From IMG/VR virus record IMGVR_UViG_3300020583_000014, positions 5,742 through 69,741 of that record: a DNA stretch of 64,000 nucleotides. One strand, 5' to 3'. A program made the position numbers and the translations under genes. Source of the stretch: a virus. The notes under the pieces are model-generated. The model worked only from the letters and a program-made list of their open reading frames with translations, was not told the origin of the DNA and searched no databases. Below are positions 1 through 9,314 of this stretch, in pieces. Position 1 is the first letter of the stretch. Each line of letters starts with the position of its first letter.

Positions 1-69
1 CAGTTATTGTAGCTCCCTGGAGGCTCCCGGTTAGAATTGCAAGAAGGGCTATCGTTTCGGCTGGGGGTG

Positions 70-471
70 TCATTCCTCTTCCCCCTCATCCCCCTCTACC
101 CTCCCGATCCTAAGGGTATGTACAGTTTTATCCGGTCCCTTGCTAGCTTTAATCACACTCATGGGCACATTGTTTTGCAGGAGCAGTTCCATCTTTATAG
201 ATCCCTCTCGCACGGAACTGAAGTAGTTCACACTGATATCATCCACCATGCACTTAGAGATAGAGTGCTGCCCAAGGAGGATCTTTAGCTCATTGGATAG
301 CCGCTTCTTCTCCTTAACCAGGGGTGTAAGACTATCGTTGATCTCTTGGCACCGCTGGACTTTACGTAGTATAGTAAGGCGCTTAGCGGGCTGGGTAACC
401 AATTGATTGAGTTGGGGTACGGGCTCATCCTCTTCAGGGGGAGCCGGAACAAATACAGGTTTTGTGGTCAT
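70..471 (-). CDS. hypothetical protein
   Basis: 133-aa ORF downstream of the PurA-like gene, with an AAGGA SD; no recognisable domain. Confidence 0.6.
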   Translation of the reverse strand: MTTKPVFVPAPPEEDEPVPQLNQLVTQPAKRLTILRKVQRCQEINDSLTPLVKEKKRLSNELKILLGQHSISKCMVDDISVNYFSSVREGSIKMELLLQNNVPMSVIKASKGPDKTVHTLRIGRVEGDEGEEE

Positions 472-487
472 AGTTTATCCTTTAGAT

Positions 488-1573
488 TTAGGGTCTGTAT
501 TTAATACACGCCCTGTTTAGTGCCTTTCCAGGCTTGGTTATCCACTTCCAATTAGGGCCCCACGCATACAAGTCAGCAGGTACCTCAGGGGGTAGCTGAT
601 CCATATGGGTGAGTACTAGCTTGCTGGTGCCCCAGGTGTTATCTTTCTTTATCCTTTCCAAGAGGGCTGGGTAATCCAATGGGGCGAATCGTAGGGTACC
701 TTGGAACTGATGCTTCAGGTTAGTATTATCCGGGTACGATAGGTTAGCATTCTCCCCCGGTAGGGGGCCAGCACCATGGCGTGTTAGGTAAGTGCGGGAT
801 ACGTAATAGGTTTCTATATCCTTTATACCTGCCTGGGTGCATAGGGCCTGCACATTATGACTACCTGTGTTAGATCGTGTTAAGTGAGGGAAGAACTCCT
901 TGTTGTTTTGGTCAAGAAGTAATCCCTGTGCCCCCTCAAACACGGGATCTTTACATTGGGAAATCCCGAGGGGGTGTATCTCATTTGCTATCTGAGAGCA
1001 CCCTTGGAGGAAAGCATGGATCATGTTATCTGGATTACCTATGGGGCTTCCAATACGGAAGGTTGAGTATGTGGAGCACATATCTACCAATTTACTCTCT
1101 AGGGATTTTGAGTTATTCCAGAGATCGGCCATGGTGATCTTTAGCTCCGGCAACATGGATCTCTCCACTGTCTCATTTACCCCCAGGCCAACACTTCCAT
1201 GCCTATCCTTTCCGCGCCTAGTCTCTAACTCTTGGTTGATAAACATATCAACGAAGGTAGTTACGGTACATTCTGGGTGGGCAAATACAAGGGGGGTAAT
1301 CCCCAAAGTGGTAAGCTCTTCTTTCTCCCTGAAGTAGGCTATCGGGTTGACTACGAAGTATTTTGAGAGGTAGGTGGGGACCCCTCTCAGAGTCCCCGAT
1401 CCAAAGTGGCTGAATACATGCCGTCTTCCATCCTCATGGACTACAGTATGCCCTGCTTGAGCCCCACCATTGAAACGGACCACAATACCTGCCCCATGCA
1501 TACAAAGCCAATCGGTAACCAACCCCTTCCCCTCGTCTCCGAAGTTGGCACCGATTACAGCGCGTGCTATCAT
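488..1573 (-). CDS. purA: adenylosuccinate synthetase-like protein (short, divergent PurA family)
   Basis: Motifs GANFGDEGKG, RFNGGAQAGHTV, HGSVGLG, FEGAQGLLLD, YLTRHGAGP; start moved to ATG 1573 (MIARAVIG), next to the vWA stop. Confidence 0.85.
   Translation of the reverse strand: MIARAVIGANFGDEGKGLVTDWLCMHGAGIVVRFNGGAQAGHTVVHEDGRRHVFSHFGSGTLRGVPTYLSKYFVVNPIAYFREKEELTTLGITPLVFAHPECTVTTFVDMFINQELETRRGKDRHGSVGLGVNETVERSMLPELKITMADLWNNSKSLESKLVDMCSTYSTFRIGSPIGNPDNMIHAFLQGCSQIANEIHPLGISQCKDPVFEGAQGLLLDQNNKEFFPHLTRSNTGSHNVQALCTQAGIKDIETYYVSRTYLTRHGAGPLPGENANLSYPDNTNLKHQFQGTLRFAPLDYPALLERIKKDNTWGTSKLVLTHMDQLPPEVPADLYAWGPNWKWITKPGKALNRACIKYRP
491..513. repeat. 23-bp dispersed palindrome copy (3' end of PurA-like CDS)
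   Basis: gggtctgtatttaatacacgccc. Confidence 0.95.
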
Positions 1574-1574
1574 C

Positions 1575-2489
1575 TTAGACCCCCACCCCCGGCAGTAATC
1601 TAGGCCCTCTACCAGTGGGAATTTGCTGCACGGCATCGTAAACTACGGAGCCTACCCTTGGAGTCCAGCGGGATGCGCTGTCCTTTGCAGATAGCCCCTC
1701 TGCAATCTCAATGGCCGAGACGATTGTCTCTGCCAGCTTGGTATGGTCAGCAAGGGGGATAGTATGCTGACCTAATAGGGTATTCCAGCTTTCCATTACT
1801 TGACTAAAATGGGAACGGGCATGATCACCCTCTTTGATAACCACATGGAATACATCATAGTAGCGTTGTGCAGCTTCCAGGGATACAAGGGGGCTGATAT
1901 CCTCTTGAATATCATCCCCGATGAATCGTTTAATTTGTGCCTTGGTAAGGGACTTTGGGGATTCCTCATCCCCCACTGTAAAAAGGTACCCACGCTTAGC
2001 CCGCTTTTCATAACTGTCATGGACAGTATGTTCAGACGCGAAATACCAGGGGAAGTTATAGGATTCAAAGTTGTTCCCACCACCCCCACCCTCAAGGTAA
2101 ATCTGGGTAAGCTGTTCAATGATTCGTTTATCAGCTTCAAATTGGCTAACTTGGAGGGGAGCCGAATCACAATTGGCATCTCCTACCCCCATGAACATAA
2201 CGTGGGGGTCTGAGATAGGCTTACGATCAAGGATTGAGGTAAAGAGAGTACCCAGGCCCTCTTTGGCGATAACTGAGGCAATCATACCCATACTGCCCGT
2301 GACATCTAGGGCAATAATGACAGGGGTAGACTGTGGGTTACTTGCACTATCCCTGGATTCCCGTACTTTGATATGTAGGGGGTCCAGATTCTTATTCAGT
2401 CGAGATGAGTAAATCTCATCCACATGTTTGTGTCTTACCGAATCTGTAAAGGTCCGGTATGTTGTGGGATCAAAAGTACCTGCGCCCAT
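1575..2489 (-). CDS. vWA domain protein
   Basis: IIALDVTGSMG MIDAS-like motif, GGGGGNNFESY, LFTVGDE; adjacent to the PurA-like gene. Confidence 0.8.
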   Translation of the reverse strand: MGAGTFDPTTYRTFTDSVRHKHVDEIYSSRLNKNLDPLHIKVRESRDSASNPQSTPVIIALDVTGSMGMIASVIAKEGLGTLFTSILDRKPISDPHVMFMGVGDANCDSAPLQVSQFEADKRIIEQLTQIYLEGGGGGNNFESYNFPWYFASEHTVHDSYEKRAKRGYLFTVGDEESPKSLTKAQIKRFIGDDIQEDISPLVSLEAAQRYYDVFHVVIKEGDHARSHFSQVMESWNTLLGQHTIPLADHTKLAETIVSAIEIAEGLSAKDSASRWTPRVGSVVYDAVQQIPTGRGPRLLPGVGV

Positions 2490-2523
2490 CTTTATGGTTT
2501 CTCCTTTGCTTACTTACACTTCC

Positions 2524-2551
2524 ATCATACCATATATTGACTATTTGTCAA
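2524..2551 (-). promoter_or_regulatory. sigma70-type promoter for vWA-PurA operon
   Basis: TTGACA-16-TATGAT with extended -10 TG on minus strand. Confidence 0.65.
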
Positions 2552-2745
2552 GTTGTTTGGAGGTCATTTACCTCTTGCTATCCATGCAATTCCTAGGGTA
2601 GAATATGGCTGTGGAGGTCATTATGCTGAACTCGAATAAGATCATGGCCCCCGTTACTGTGCCGGTTGCGGGGGATACCATCCTCACCTTTGTTGAGGAT
2701 AGGAATGGGCGGTGGATTGCCATCCGCACCCCAAAAGCCCAAGAA

Positions 2746-2768
2746 CGGCCTGTATTAAATACAGACCC
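2746..2768. repeat. 23-bp dispersed palindrome copy
   Basis: cggcctgtattaaatacagaccc (reads RPVLNTDP in ORF 2605..2799). Confidence 0.9.
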
Positions 2769-2795
2769 TAAATCCTGGATTTTATCTAAGGTAGC

Positions 2796-2824
2796 TTGAC
2801 AAATAGGCAAACCTCTGGTATCCT
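2796..2824 (+). promoter_or_regulatory. sigma70-type promoter
   Basis: TTGACA-17-TATCCT with extended -10 TG. Confidence 0.7.
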
Positions 2825-2849
2825 AGAATTTGACTGGGGCTAGTATAGC

Positions 2850-3254
2850 ATGATGAAAGAGATCGGACTTGAGGCAGCGCGAGATCACTTCGTATCCAAG
2901 ACATGCAAGGGTGAAATCTGCGGAATGTGCTGGCGGGAAGGACGGCACCACATTGAGGCCACGCACAAGTTAGGTGAAGAGCTACCAGCGGATTACCCGC
3001 ACCACCGGCACAACGCAACGCAGTACGTTTGCTGCAAGCATTTCAGCGCAGTCGTCGGATTGATGACCGCGATTGATTGGTCCATTATGAAACGAGACTG
3101 GGCACTGTTGAGCGTGGTCGATGGTAAAGATACGGATCGAGTTATCCGCATAGAGACGGAAACGGAAGCAAGGAACTGGGTGGAGCGTTTTCCGAGGTCG
3201 TATCGGCTGCTTTCGAGGGCGTCAGCGGGGGAATGGGAGAGGGATGAATCGTGA
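2850..3254 (+). CDS. hypothetical protein (Cys/His-containing)
   Basis: 134-aa ORF downstream of promoter 2796-2824; CxxC and CCxH motifs. Confidence 0.6.
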   Translation: MMKEIGLEAARDHFVSKTCKGEICGMCWREGRHHIEATHKLGEELPADYPHHRHNATQYVCCKHFSAVVGLMTAIDWSIMKRDWALLSVVDGKDTDRVIRIETETEARNWVERFPRSYRLLSRASAGEWERDES

Positions 3255-3351
3255 GAAACCCAGGAGTTATTGCCGATGCCGCCGTCTATAGCAGGACTAC
3301 GAAGATTACGACGGCGAGTATGAAGCCAAACTGGGGGCTGCTTAAGGGACT

Positions 3352-3426
3352 GGCCCCTTAGCTCAGTGGGAGAGCATCCGACTCATAATCGGGGGGTCCT
3401 TTGTTCAATTCAAAGAGGGGCTACCA
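3352..3426 (+). tRNA. tRNA-Ile2 (CAT anticodon, probably lysidine-modified, reads AUA)
   Basis: GGCCCCT/AGGGGCT acceptor stem, TAGCTCAGTGG D-arm, CTCATAA anticodon loop, GTTCAA T-loop, encoded CCA; closely resembles ileX-type tRNAs; Met not excluded. Confidence 0.85.
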
Positions 3427-3432
3427 AAAAGG

Positions 3433-3455
3433 GGGTCTGTACTAAATACAGACCC
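3433..3455. repeat. 23-bp dispersed palindrome copy (between tRNA and Zn-finger gene)
   Basis: gggtctgtactaaatacagaccc. Confidence 0.95.
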
Positions 3456-3462
3456 TATTCTT

Positions 3463-3687
3463 ATGCCTAGAATAATTAATGATGAGTTCACCAATCTCCT
3501 TATAACCAAGCAATACCGGCGTCAGCTACGGCTACAGCGGGATGGTAAATGTATAACCTGTGGGGATGACCGCACGGACTCTAAGGTGTACTGCCCCGGC
3601 CATGCAGCATATTTTAGGGAGAAGAAACGGGACAGGGAAGGGTCAGGGAAGAGGTACAAGGGGGCAAGGAGCTACCATAATGGTTAG
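3463..3687 (+). CDS. small basic CxxC-CxxH Zn-finger protein (paralog of 31458..31682)
   Basis: DEFTNL..T.Q...QLR..RDGKC..C..C..H..KRY.G.RSY shared with 31458..31682. Confidence 0.75.
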   Translation: MPRIINDEFTNLLITKQYRRQLRLQRDGKCITCGDDRTDSKVYCPGHAAYFREKKRDREGSGKRYKGARSYHNG

Positions 3688-3880
3688 ATATTTAGCAGGA
3701 GTATGGTTCACAATTGGGCAGGTAATCTATCTCCTACCCTGCTTATATAAGGCAGTCTTTATCTGGGGATTACACCCAACTAACCCCGAGGATATTAGGG
3801 ATTTTATACAATCCCATTACCCCTTGGAGTGGGGTAAGTTTCAGTCAAATTGCAGGGAGTGGAAAGAGAAGTGGAATTAG
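3680..3880 (+). CDS. small protein with hydrophobic N-terminus
   Basis: ATG 3680 overlaps the upstream gene end; MVRYLAGVWFTIGQVIYLLPCLYKAVFIWG. Confidence 0.45.
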   Translation: MVRYLAGVWFTIGQVIYLLPCLYKAVFIWGLHPTNPEDIRDFIQSHYPLEWGKFQSNCREWKEKWN

Positions 3881-3884
3881 ATAA

Positions 3885-3966
3885 GGCCAGATGGCGGAAC
3901 TGGTATACGCAATGGACTTAAAATCCATCACCTTCAGGTATGTGGGTTCGATTCCCACTCTGGCTA
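3885..3966 (+). tRNA. tRNA-Leu (TAA)
   Basis: GGCCAGA/TCTGGCT acceptor stem, TGGCGGAACTGGTATACGC D-arm, CTTAAAA anticodon loop, long variable arm, GGTTCGATTCC T-arm; CCA not encoded. Confidence 0.9.
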
Positions 3967-4165
3967 CTTATGTCCTCTAAACTAATCCCCCATAAAGTTA
4001 CCATAGAGTCCTGTGATAAAGGGTATGGATTCTATTATAAAGGTGAGTGCTTTGCATATGTGTGGGCTATGCCAGCTTTCTCTCCTGGGTGGTGGAAAAA
4101 TCTGCTCTTATTCTCTAACCGTAGTAACCAGGATTTGCTAATGGCGGGGGAGAGAATAAAGAAGG

Positions 4166-5506
4166 CTACTTCTCGACATCACTCCATCTCTCTCCCTGTG
4201 CCCCACTCCATTTGATAGGAACTAGCATAGGCATTGCTCCCTCCATTACTCCCCCCACAGTTTGTATCCACTCCTCCGCAAGATCCTCTCGTACCTCATA
4301 CAGTAGCTCATCATGGATAGGTAGTAGGGGGTGTATAACCTCTTGTAGCCTGGCCTGCTCCCATATCTGATGGGTTTCTGCCATACACAGACGGAGTACC
4401 CCACATGCGGTACCTTGAATTGGGTGATTCCCTAACTCCCTCAGGGTAGAGCTTACCACCCATGGTAGTACACTCTTTACTCCGGGGGTATGTAACACAC
4501 GCCCGAAGAGATCCCAAACCATCTCTTTCTGTCGTGCCCGTGCATGGTCTACCTTCCGCATCCGTAGTAGTTCTGGGTACTTCAGATAGAAACTGTTTAT
4601 CAGGTCTTGGCATTTATTCTCTGTCCATCCCTTACCCACTGGCATCTGTGCGAGGAGTCCTGAGCCGGTAACATCATAGAGGCTGGCAAGGGTACAGGTT
4701 TTAGCGGGGAAGCGGTGCTCCTCTTTATCTACGTGGGGATACTTCCACTTACCTTTTTCATCCTGGTAGCGGCCATCTTCTAGGTGGAATGCTGTTATAG
4801 AGAAGTCAGAGTATAGGTCCTCATCGTTTAGGTACACCTTAATAAGTGCTTCACAGTTAGAGCGATGGGCTGCCACTCTGGGCTCTATTTGCGAGAGGTC
4901 TACGGTTATCAGGATCCAGCCGGGACGTGTTATGAACCCTTCCCGTAACCGCTTGGCCCTCTTGCTATGCGCTGGTATAGCCAGCAGATTTGGTTCCTCA
5001 GCCGCAAAGCGCCCACTTGGTACGCGGGTATATTTGAAATTAGGGAATAGTCTCCAGGTGCCGTCTGGGGCTTTGCGTGCAAGTTTGAGTATAGGTTGAC
5101 AATAGGTACCCCTATACTTTGAGCACTCTCGGTAGGCTTTAATTATAGGTACGACTATATGGTCGTGTAGTATCCCGCCCAAAACTTCACTATCTATGGA
5201 TTCCCTATCCCCACTCTTAGTCATCTTCCTTCTGGCTTGTTTTAAACCCAGAGTTTTGAACAGTAAATGAGAGACTTGATCCCCACTATCTAAATTGGTA
5301 TACACCCCCGTGATTCTCTTAACCTCCTCGGTAAGAGATTCCATTTCCTGCCCGAACTCTATATCTAACTTAGAAAAGTGAGATAATTCTACTTCTATCC
5401 CGTAATAACTGGCTGCCTCTACCCACGGCATACTATTGCTATCCAGCCTACGGATATTTATCATGGAGGGTCTATCTGGAAGGAATACCCCACCGAATAA
5501 TCTCAT
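4166..5506 (-). CDS. polA: family A DNA polymerase, polymerase domain only (split gene)
   Basis: SGRF..EPNL, motif A DLSQIEPR, motif B RFPAKTCTLASLY, NHPIQGTA, motif C IHDEL. Confidence 0.9.
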   Translation of the reverse strand: MRLFGGVFLPDRPSMINIRRLDSNSMPWVEAASYYGIEVELSHFSKLDIEFGQEMESLTEEVKRITGVYTNLDSGDQVSHLLFKTLGLKQARRKMTKSGDRESIDSEVLGGILHDHIVVPIIKAYRECSKYRGTYCQPILKLARKAPDGTWRLFPNFKYTRVPSGRFAAEEPNLLAIPAHSKRAKRLREGFITRPGWILITVDLSQIEPRVAAHRSNCEALIKVYLNDEDLYSDFSITAFHLEDGRYQDEKGKWKYPHVDKEEHRFPAKTCTLASLYDVTGSGLLAQMPVGKGWTENKCQDLINSFYLKYPELLRMRKVDHARARQKEMVWDLFGRVLHTPGVKSVLPWVVSSTLRELGNHPIQGTACGVLRLCMAETHQIWEQARLQEVIHPLLPIHDELLYEVREDLAEEWIQTVGGVMEGAMPMLVPIKWSGAQGERWSDVEK

Positions 5507-5937
5507 GGGATATGTAAGTGTGGACTCTTTTCAAGGCAGTCTGGATAGGGGCAATAGTAGGGGCCTGGAAGTAATACAGGTTTATCTGGTTCCTCTGGTA
5601 GATTAAGATAAACTAGTGGATGCTGTTCTTCCTCTACCATCCCCGCCATTAAGGTAAGGTAGCAAATAGCATCCACAAACCTACCCCGAATGCTCTCAGT
5701 GCTCTCTGTATGCCCTACCTTACAGTAGTGGGCTATAGCATCCAGGTGCTTCTTGGTATACACCCACCCTACCTGATAATTCTTGAGCCCTAGCTCATCT
5801 GCAAGCCGGTTGAAGTTTGCAAAACGGTCCTCACTGTTGGCATACTCCTTACCCTTTGAGGATTTCATTACCTCAACCTCAGTGAGGAGGTCCTTTTGGA
5901 AATCATCAAACTCTTTGAAGGTCATAAATTGAACCAC
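5503..5937 (-). CDS. all-alpha NTP pyrophosphatase (MazG-like) / nucleotide-modification-associated protein
   Basis: K..EYA...DRFANF, KH.DAI, ESIRGRFVDAICYL pattern. Confidence 0.55.
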   Translation of the reverse strand: MVQFMTFKEFDDFQKDLLTEVEVMKSSKGKEYANSEDRFANFNRLADELGLKNYQVGWVYTKKHLDAIAHYCKVGHTESTESIRGRFVDAICYLTLMAGMVEEEQHPLVYLNLPEEPDKPVLLPGPYYCPYPDCLEKSPHLHIP

Positions 5938-7298
5938 TCGTACGCTGACTTCTTTCTAACTAACCTTTCTGCCCGCTCCTGTATTGGCCATAGTTCTAAT
6001 GTACGGGCCGCGTCCTGACAAGCATAGGGCAGTATCTTCTCTAAGGGGGTATGGGATATGCACTTACCAGGATAGGGACCAAGCTTAGCCTCTATCTCTT
6101 CATGGTGCATTTCCCAGTTACCCCATCTATCAAACACATCCAGGTTTGGATTAGCCGCAAGATCCGTAAAGAACCTTTTTAGCTTAGTTCCAAAGGACTG
6201 GGGTTTATACCCTTTCCACTCCCCTTTGGTATCCCGTATACATTCCTCGGAGGGCCTGCTCCACTCTTCTTGTAGCCCCCTAGCATAGTATTCTAGAATC
6301 CTATAGGTAGAGTAGGGGCGTACAAGGTCATCAAAGCTCTGCATCTCTGCCCCCAGGAAGCGGTAGGCTAGGGTCTTTAGGCCCTGTGGCATATTCCCTA
6401 GATGATAGGCTTCAGCCATGGTATCTATAATCAGATGATGGGGTACTGGCACCCCCATCCGCTTAAGGATGGGCCGGTCGAACAGCCTATTGTGTAACAG
6501 TATATGACCCTTCCACCTTTGTATCCACCAAGCCAATCTACCCAAAGCACAACTGTCTCCGGCCTGGATAAGTCTAGCTGTGCCTGGGCGCACTGAGAAG
6601 GTAAGGCAAAATGGAGTACCATTACGTGTTATCTCTGTATCGAGGGCCATGTTACATTCTGTATCTTGTTGAATATACTCATCTACGGCACTGCTTGTAT
6701 TTAATACAAACCCGAAATCAGGATTTGGGTACTTATCCTGAGGGATGATTAACTCCCCTTTTAGATACTTGCGGAGGCGGATAAAGCAGCTTCGTAGATG
6801 GAGCATGAACTTGGGCTCATGTATCCCACGTGCTGGATGCCATATTGGAAATATGGCCCTCTCCATATCCCCAGGAACATCCCATATAAAAGGGAAAGCG
6901 AAGTGTACATCAAGATCCAACCCTGGTATCAGGGATGCAATTACTCCCCCTGCTGGTATGATAAGTTCTGGGTTAGTTTCCTTTATTTGCCTATATAAGT
7001 GGTGCTCGGCACAGGATCTTATCATAGCGGCATCTTTAGGGTTGCTGTGGTCTAGCTTACCCTCAGAACTAGTTGGGTAGCAGGCTACTGTGTTGGTTAT
7101 CCTAATATCTCCCCTACGTAATCCAGCCAAAGGTAGGTAGTGCTCCGTAAGCTCCTGCCCAGTTTTACCAACAAAGGGCCTTCCGTACTTTGACTCTTCC
7201 TTTCCAGGTGCTTCTCCAATCAACATGACACTACATTTTTCTGGACCACAAGGGGGCACGATTGGATTCTTACCTGGGCATAGGGGGCATCTATCCAT
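5922..7298 (-). CDS. family-4 uracil-DNA glycosylase fused to 3'-5' exonuclease (N-terminal half of DNA polymerase)
   Basis: CxxC, IGEAPG..E...GRPFVG, HPA (UDG4); LDTE, HNRLFD, YACQDA (Exo I-III). Confidence 0.85.
   Translation of the reverse strand: MDRCPLCPGKNPIVPPCGPEKCSVMLIGEAPGKEESKYGRPFVGKTGQELTEHYLPLAGLRRGDIRITNTVACYPTSSEGKLDHSNPKDAAMIRSCAEHHLYRQIKETNPELIIPAGGVIASLIPGLDLDVHFAFPFIWDVPGDMERAIFPIWHPARGIHEPKFMLHLRSCFIRLRKYLKGELIIPQDKYPNPDFGFVLNTSSAVDEYIQQDTECNMALDTEITRNGTPFCLTFSVRPGTARLIQAGDSCALGRLAWWIQRWKGHILLHNRLFDRPILKRMGVPVPHHLIIDTMAEAYHLGNMPQGLKTLAYRFLGAEMQSFDDLVRPYSTYRILEYYARGLQEEWSRPSEECIRDTKGEWKGYKPQSFGTKLKRFFTDLAANPNLDVFDRWGNWEMHHEEIEAKLGPYPGKCISHTPLEKILPYACQDAARTLELWPIQERAERLVRKKSAYEWFNL
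6691..6713. repeat. 23-bp dispersed palindrome copy (UDG/exonuclease linker)
   Basis: ctgcttgtatttaatacaaaccc, read as GFVLNTSS. Confidence 0.9.
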
Positions 7299-7310
7299 AG
7301 CTGACCTCTA

Positions 7311-7442
7311 TCAATCTGTTCCTTCGAGTTCTTTTACCCTATCGTCTAATTGAGCTATCCCTTTCTCCAGCAAGAGTATTCTCCAGATAAGTATACCTAT
7401 AATAACTAGTACACATACTAGAATACCTATTGAATTTATCAT
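7311..7442 (-). CDS. small single-TM protein (not in ORF track)
   Basis: MINSIGILVCVLVIIGILIWRILLLEKGIAQLDDRVKELEGTD fills the gap between flanking genes. Confidence 0.55.
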   Translation of the reverse strand: MINSIGILVCVLVIIGILIWRILLLEKGIAQLDDRVKELEGTD

Positions 7443-7450
7443 TGAATCTA

Positions 7451-8170
7451 TCATAACTTTACCCCTCTAATTTGCCGCACAATCTTTATAGCAGTAGGAA
7501 CCCCTATCCGGCTAATTTTCATCCAATCCTGCTCCTCCGCGTGTACCATGTTGGGCACAGTCTTGAAATGATCTACCACTTCCTTGCTTCTCTTCACTCC
7601 AATACCATCAATGAGGCAGGCAAACTTACGCTCAAACGAGGGCTTCTCGAATGATGGGACAATAATGTTCTGAGGCTGGGACATACTAGTATGGTTCCCC
7701 CACTCCTTCTGGAACCATTGGTACATAACTTTGATCTGGTATGCAGTCTCCTGAATGTCACCTGACCGCACATACACCGTCCCCGCTACTTGCTGCACAC
7801 TGAGCAGGAATCCAAATAGCTTGTCGTAGAGTACCCTTCGGCCCCCTATTGGTATCCACGTCCCAGCTTTGTACTCTAGAATCAGTCCGGTAGCGGAGGG
7901 CTTCCATAGACCTTCTATGATAAGTAACCTGCGGTGGTAATCTTCCATCATCCCCGGCTGCTGGAATCCAGAAAAGCGCCCATCGTCAATGCAGGATAAA
8001 ATGTCATTGGTCCGTTTGCGTTCCACCCCCACCATGATGTTACCCTCTGGGCCTTTACCCTCGAAGCACACGTCCCCCGCAGAGAGGGTTTCTATTTGCA
8101 CGCCCATGCCAAGGTTACGGAGGTATGGAGCAAGCTCTACAGAGCCCACACGTCTGTCCACCAAGATCAT
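7451..8170 (-). CDS. ERCC4 (XPF/Mus81-type) nuclease with HhH
   Basis: ILVDRR, GD...., VERKRTND...I.DGRF..Q, LIIEG, C-terminal GIGVK and IGVPT HhH motifs. Confidence 0.85.
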   Translation of the reverse strand: MILVDRRVGSVELAPYLRNLGMGVQIETLSAGDVCFEGKGPEGNIMVGVERKRTNDILSCIDDGRFSGFQQPGMMEDYHRRLLIIEGLWKPSATGLILEYKAGTWIPIGGRRVLYDKLFGFLLSVQQVAGTVYVRSGDIQETAYQIKVMYQWFQKEWGNHTSMSQPQNIIVPSFEKPSFERKFACLIDGIGVKRSKEVVDHFKTVPNMVHAEEQDWMKISRIGVPTAIKIVRQIRGVKL

Positions 8171-8481
8171 TTAGTTATCCAAAGTATTAACCACCCAAAT
8201 CCAAGGGAGCATAAAGGAGCAAGTATGATTGATGTATACATTTCCCATACGCTTTGCTCCTCCTTTGCGTATCTAGTGGGGTCGTGGGTTACTAATCCCC
8301 ATATTGTGGATATCCCAATAAAGGATACTTTTGTGGGGGTAGGGCCATGCCATATGGGATTAATGAACCATCCCCATAAAATGGATAGAGCCCACGCTTT
8401 AAGCACTAAACTAAGGGCTAGGGCTGGGATGGCGGCTAAACATCCTAGAGCTACCTCTTCCTTTTCCATTAAAGTCCCCAC
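8167..8481 (-). CDS. membrane protein
   Basis: Several hydrophobic segments; overlaps neighbouring genes by a few bp. Confidence 0.6.
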   Translation of the reverse strand: MGTLMEKEEVALGCLAAIPALALSLVLKAWALSILWGWFINPIWHGPTPTKVSFIGISTIWGLVTHDPTRYAKEEQSVWEMYTSIILAPLCSLGFGWLILWITK

Positions 8482-9314
8482 TCCCGCAAACTTGTCCCTG
8501 GATAGATAGCCTGTACCAGTCCTGAGAACGTAGCCTCAGGCCCCCATAACTCCATCCCTATAAGCTCTGGATCTGGTTTGCACTTTAGGATGCGAATACC
8601 AAAGCAGTCCGTCATCCCATGCTTATTACGGTTCTGGTGGGCCGGGTTGAAAATAGCCCGTAGCTGAACCTGCACAAGGAAGTCTTGCTCTCCAAATCCC
8701 TTTCGCTTGTAATCCCCTGTCTTTTCATCTATAGAGAAGGGTTTACCATTTAAATCTAATTTAATTACCTTCTCGTACTCTGCCCCAACTTTATACGTGA
8801 ATATGATATTTTTACCACTATCAAACCCACGCCCTATCATACGGCGTCTAGCCATGTTTACATCAGTCCGCGTTATTGGCATTATCTGTGTAGTCTTACC
8901 AAACCACGCCAGTAATTGGAGGTCCCACGTGTCGGAATCACCATCAATTACTACGGTCCTAAAGGTTGCGTTGGCTACCGCCCCTTGATAACTATCATAA
9001 AACTCCTTCCACATCTGGACATAGGCTGGCTGGTCTGCTTGTCCAGGTAGGGGCATATTAAATATCTTAATAAAGATATCCCTCTGCCTAGTTAATGGGG
9101 GTACATTTTTAGATACCATATGCTCATATCCACGATCTACGGCTAGAAGTCCAATTCCTGGGGGAGCAGATAGAGCAAATTCAGTCTTACCAGAGTCCGG
9201 TAACCCCTCAATTCCAATCAACAACCTATATGGGGATTTGAATTGGGCAATGGGTGTAAATCCATCAGGCAATACTGGCATAGGTTTTACTGAACCCCCG
9301 TAACGTGACCCCAA
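8469..9314 (-). CDS. AAA ATPase, Sak4-like single-strand annealing protein
   Basis: Walker A GLPDSGKT, Walker B VVIDG; next to PD-(D/E)XK nuclease and SSB-like gene. Confidence 0.7.
   Translation of the reverse strand: MGSRYGGSVKPMPVLPDGFTPIAQFKSPYRLLIGIEGLPDSGKTEFALSAPPGIGLLAVDRGYEHMVSKNVPPLTRQRDIFIKIFNMPLPGQADQPAYVQMWKEFYDSYQGAVANATFRTVVIDGDSDTWDLQLLAWFGKTTQIMPITRTDVNMARRRMIGRGFDSGKNIIFTYKVGAEYEKVIKLDLNGKPFSIDEKTGDYKRKGFGEQDFLVQVQLRAIFNPAHQNRNKHGMTDCFGIRILKCKPDPELIGMELWGPEATFSGLVQAIYPGTSLREWGL

Noticed and set aside
488-1573. PurZ / 2-aminoadenine (Z-genome) pathway
   Set aside because: The protein keeps the PurA-type GDEGKG rather than GSTGKG, and no DatZ-like HD phosphohydrolase was recognised.
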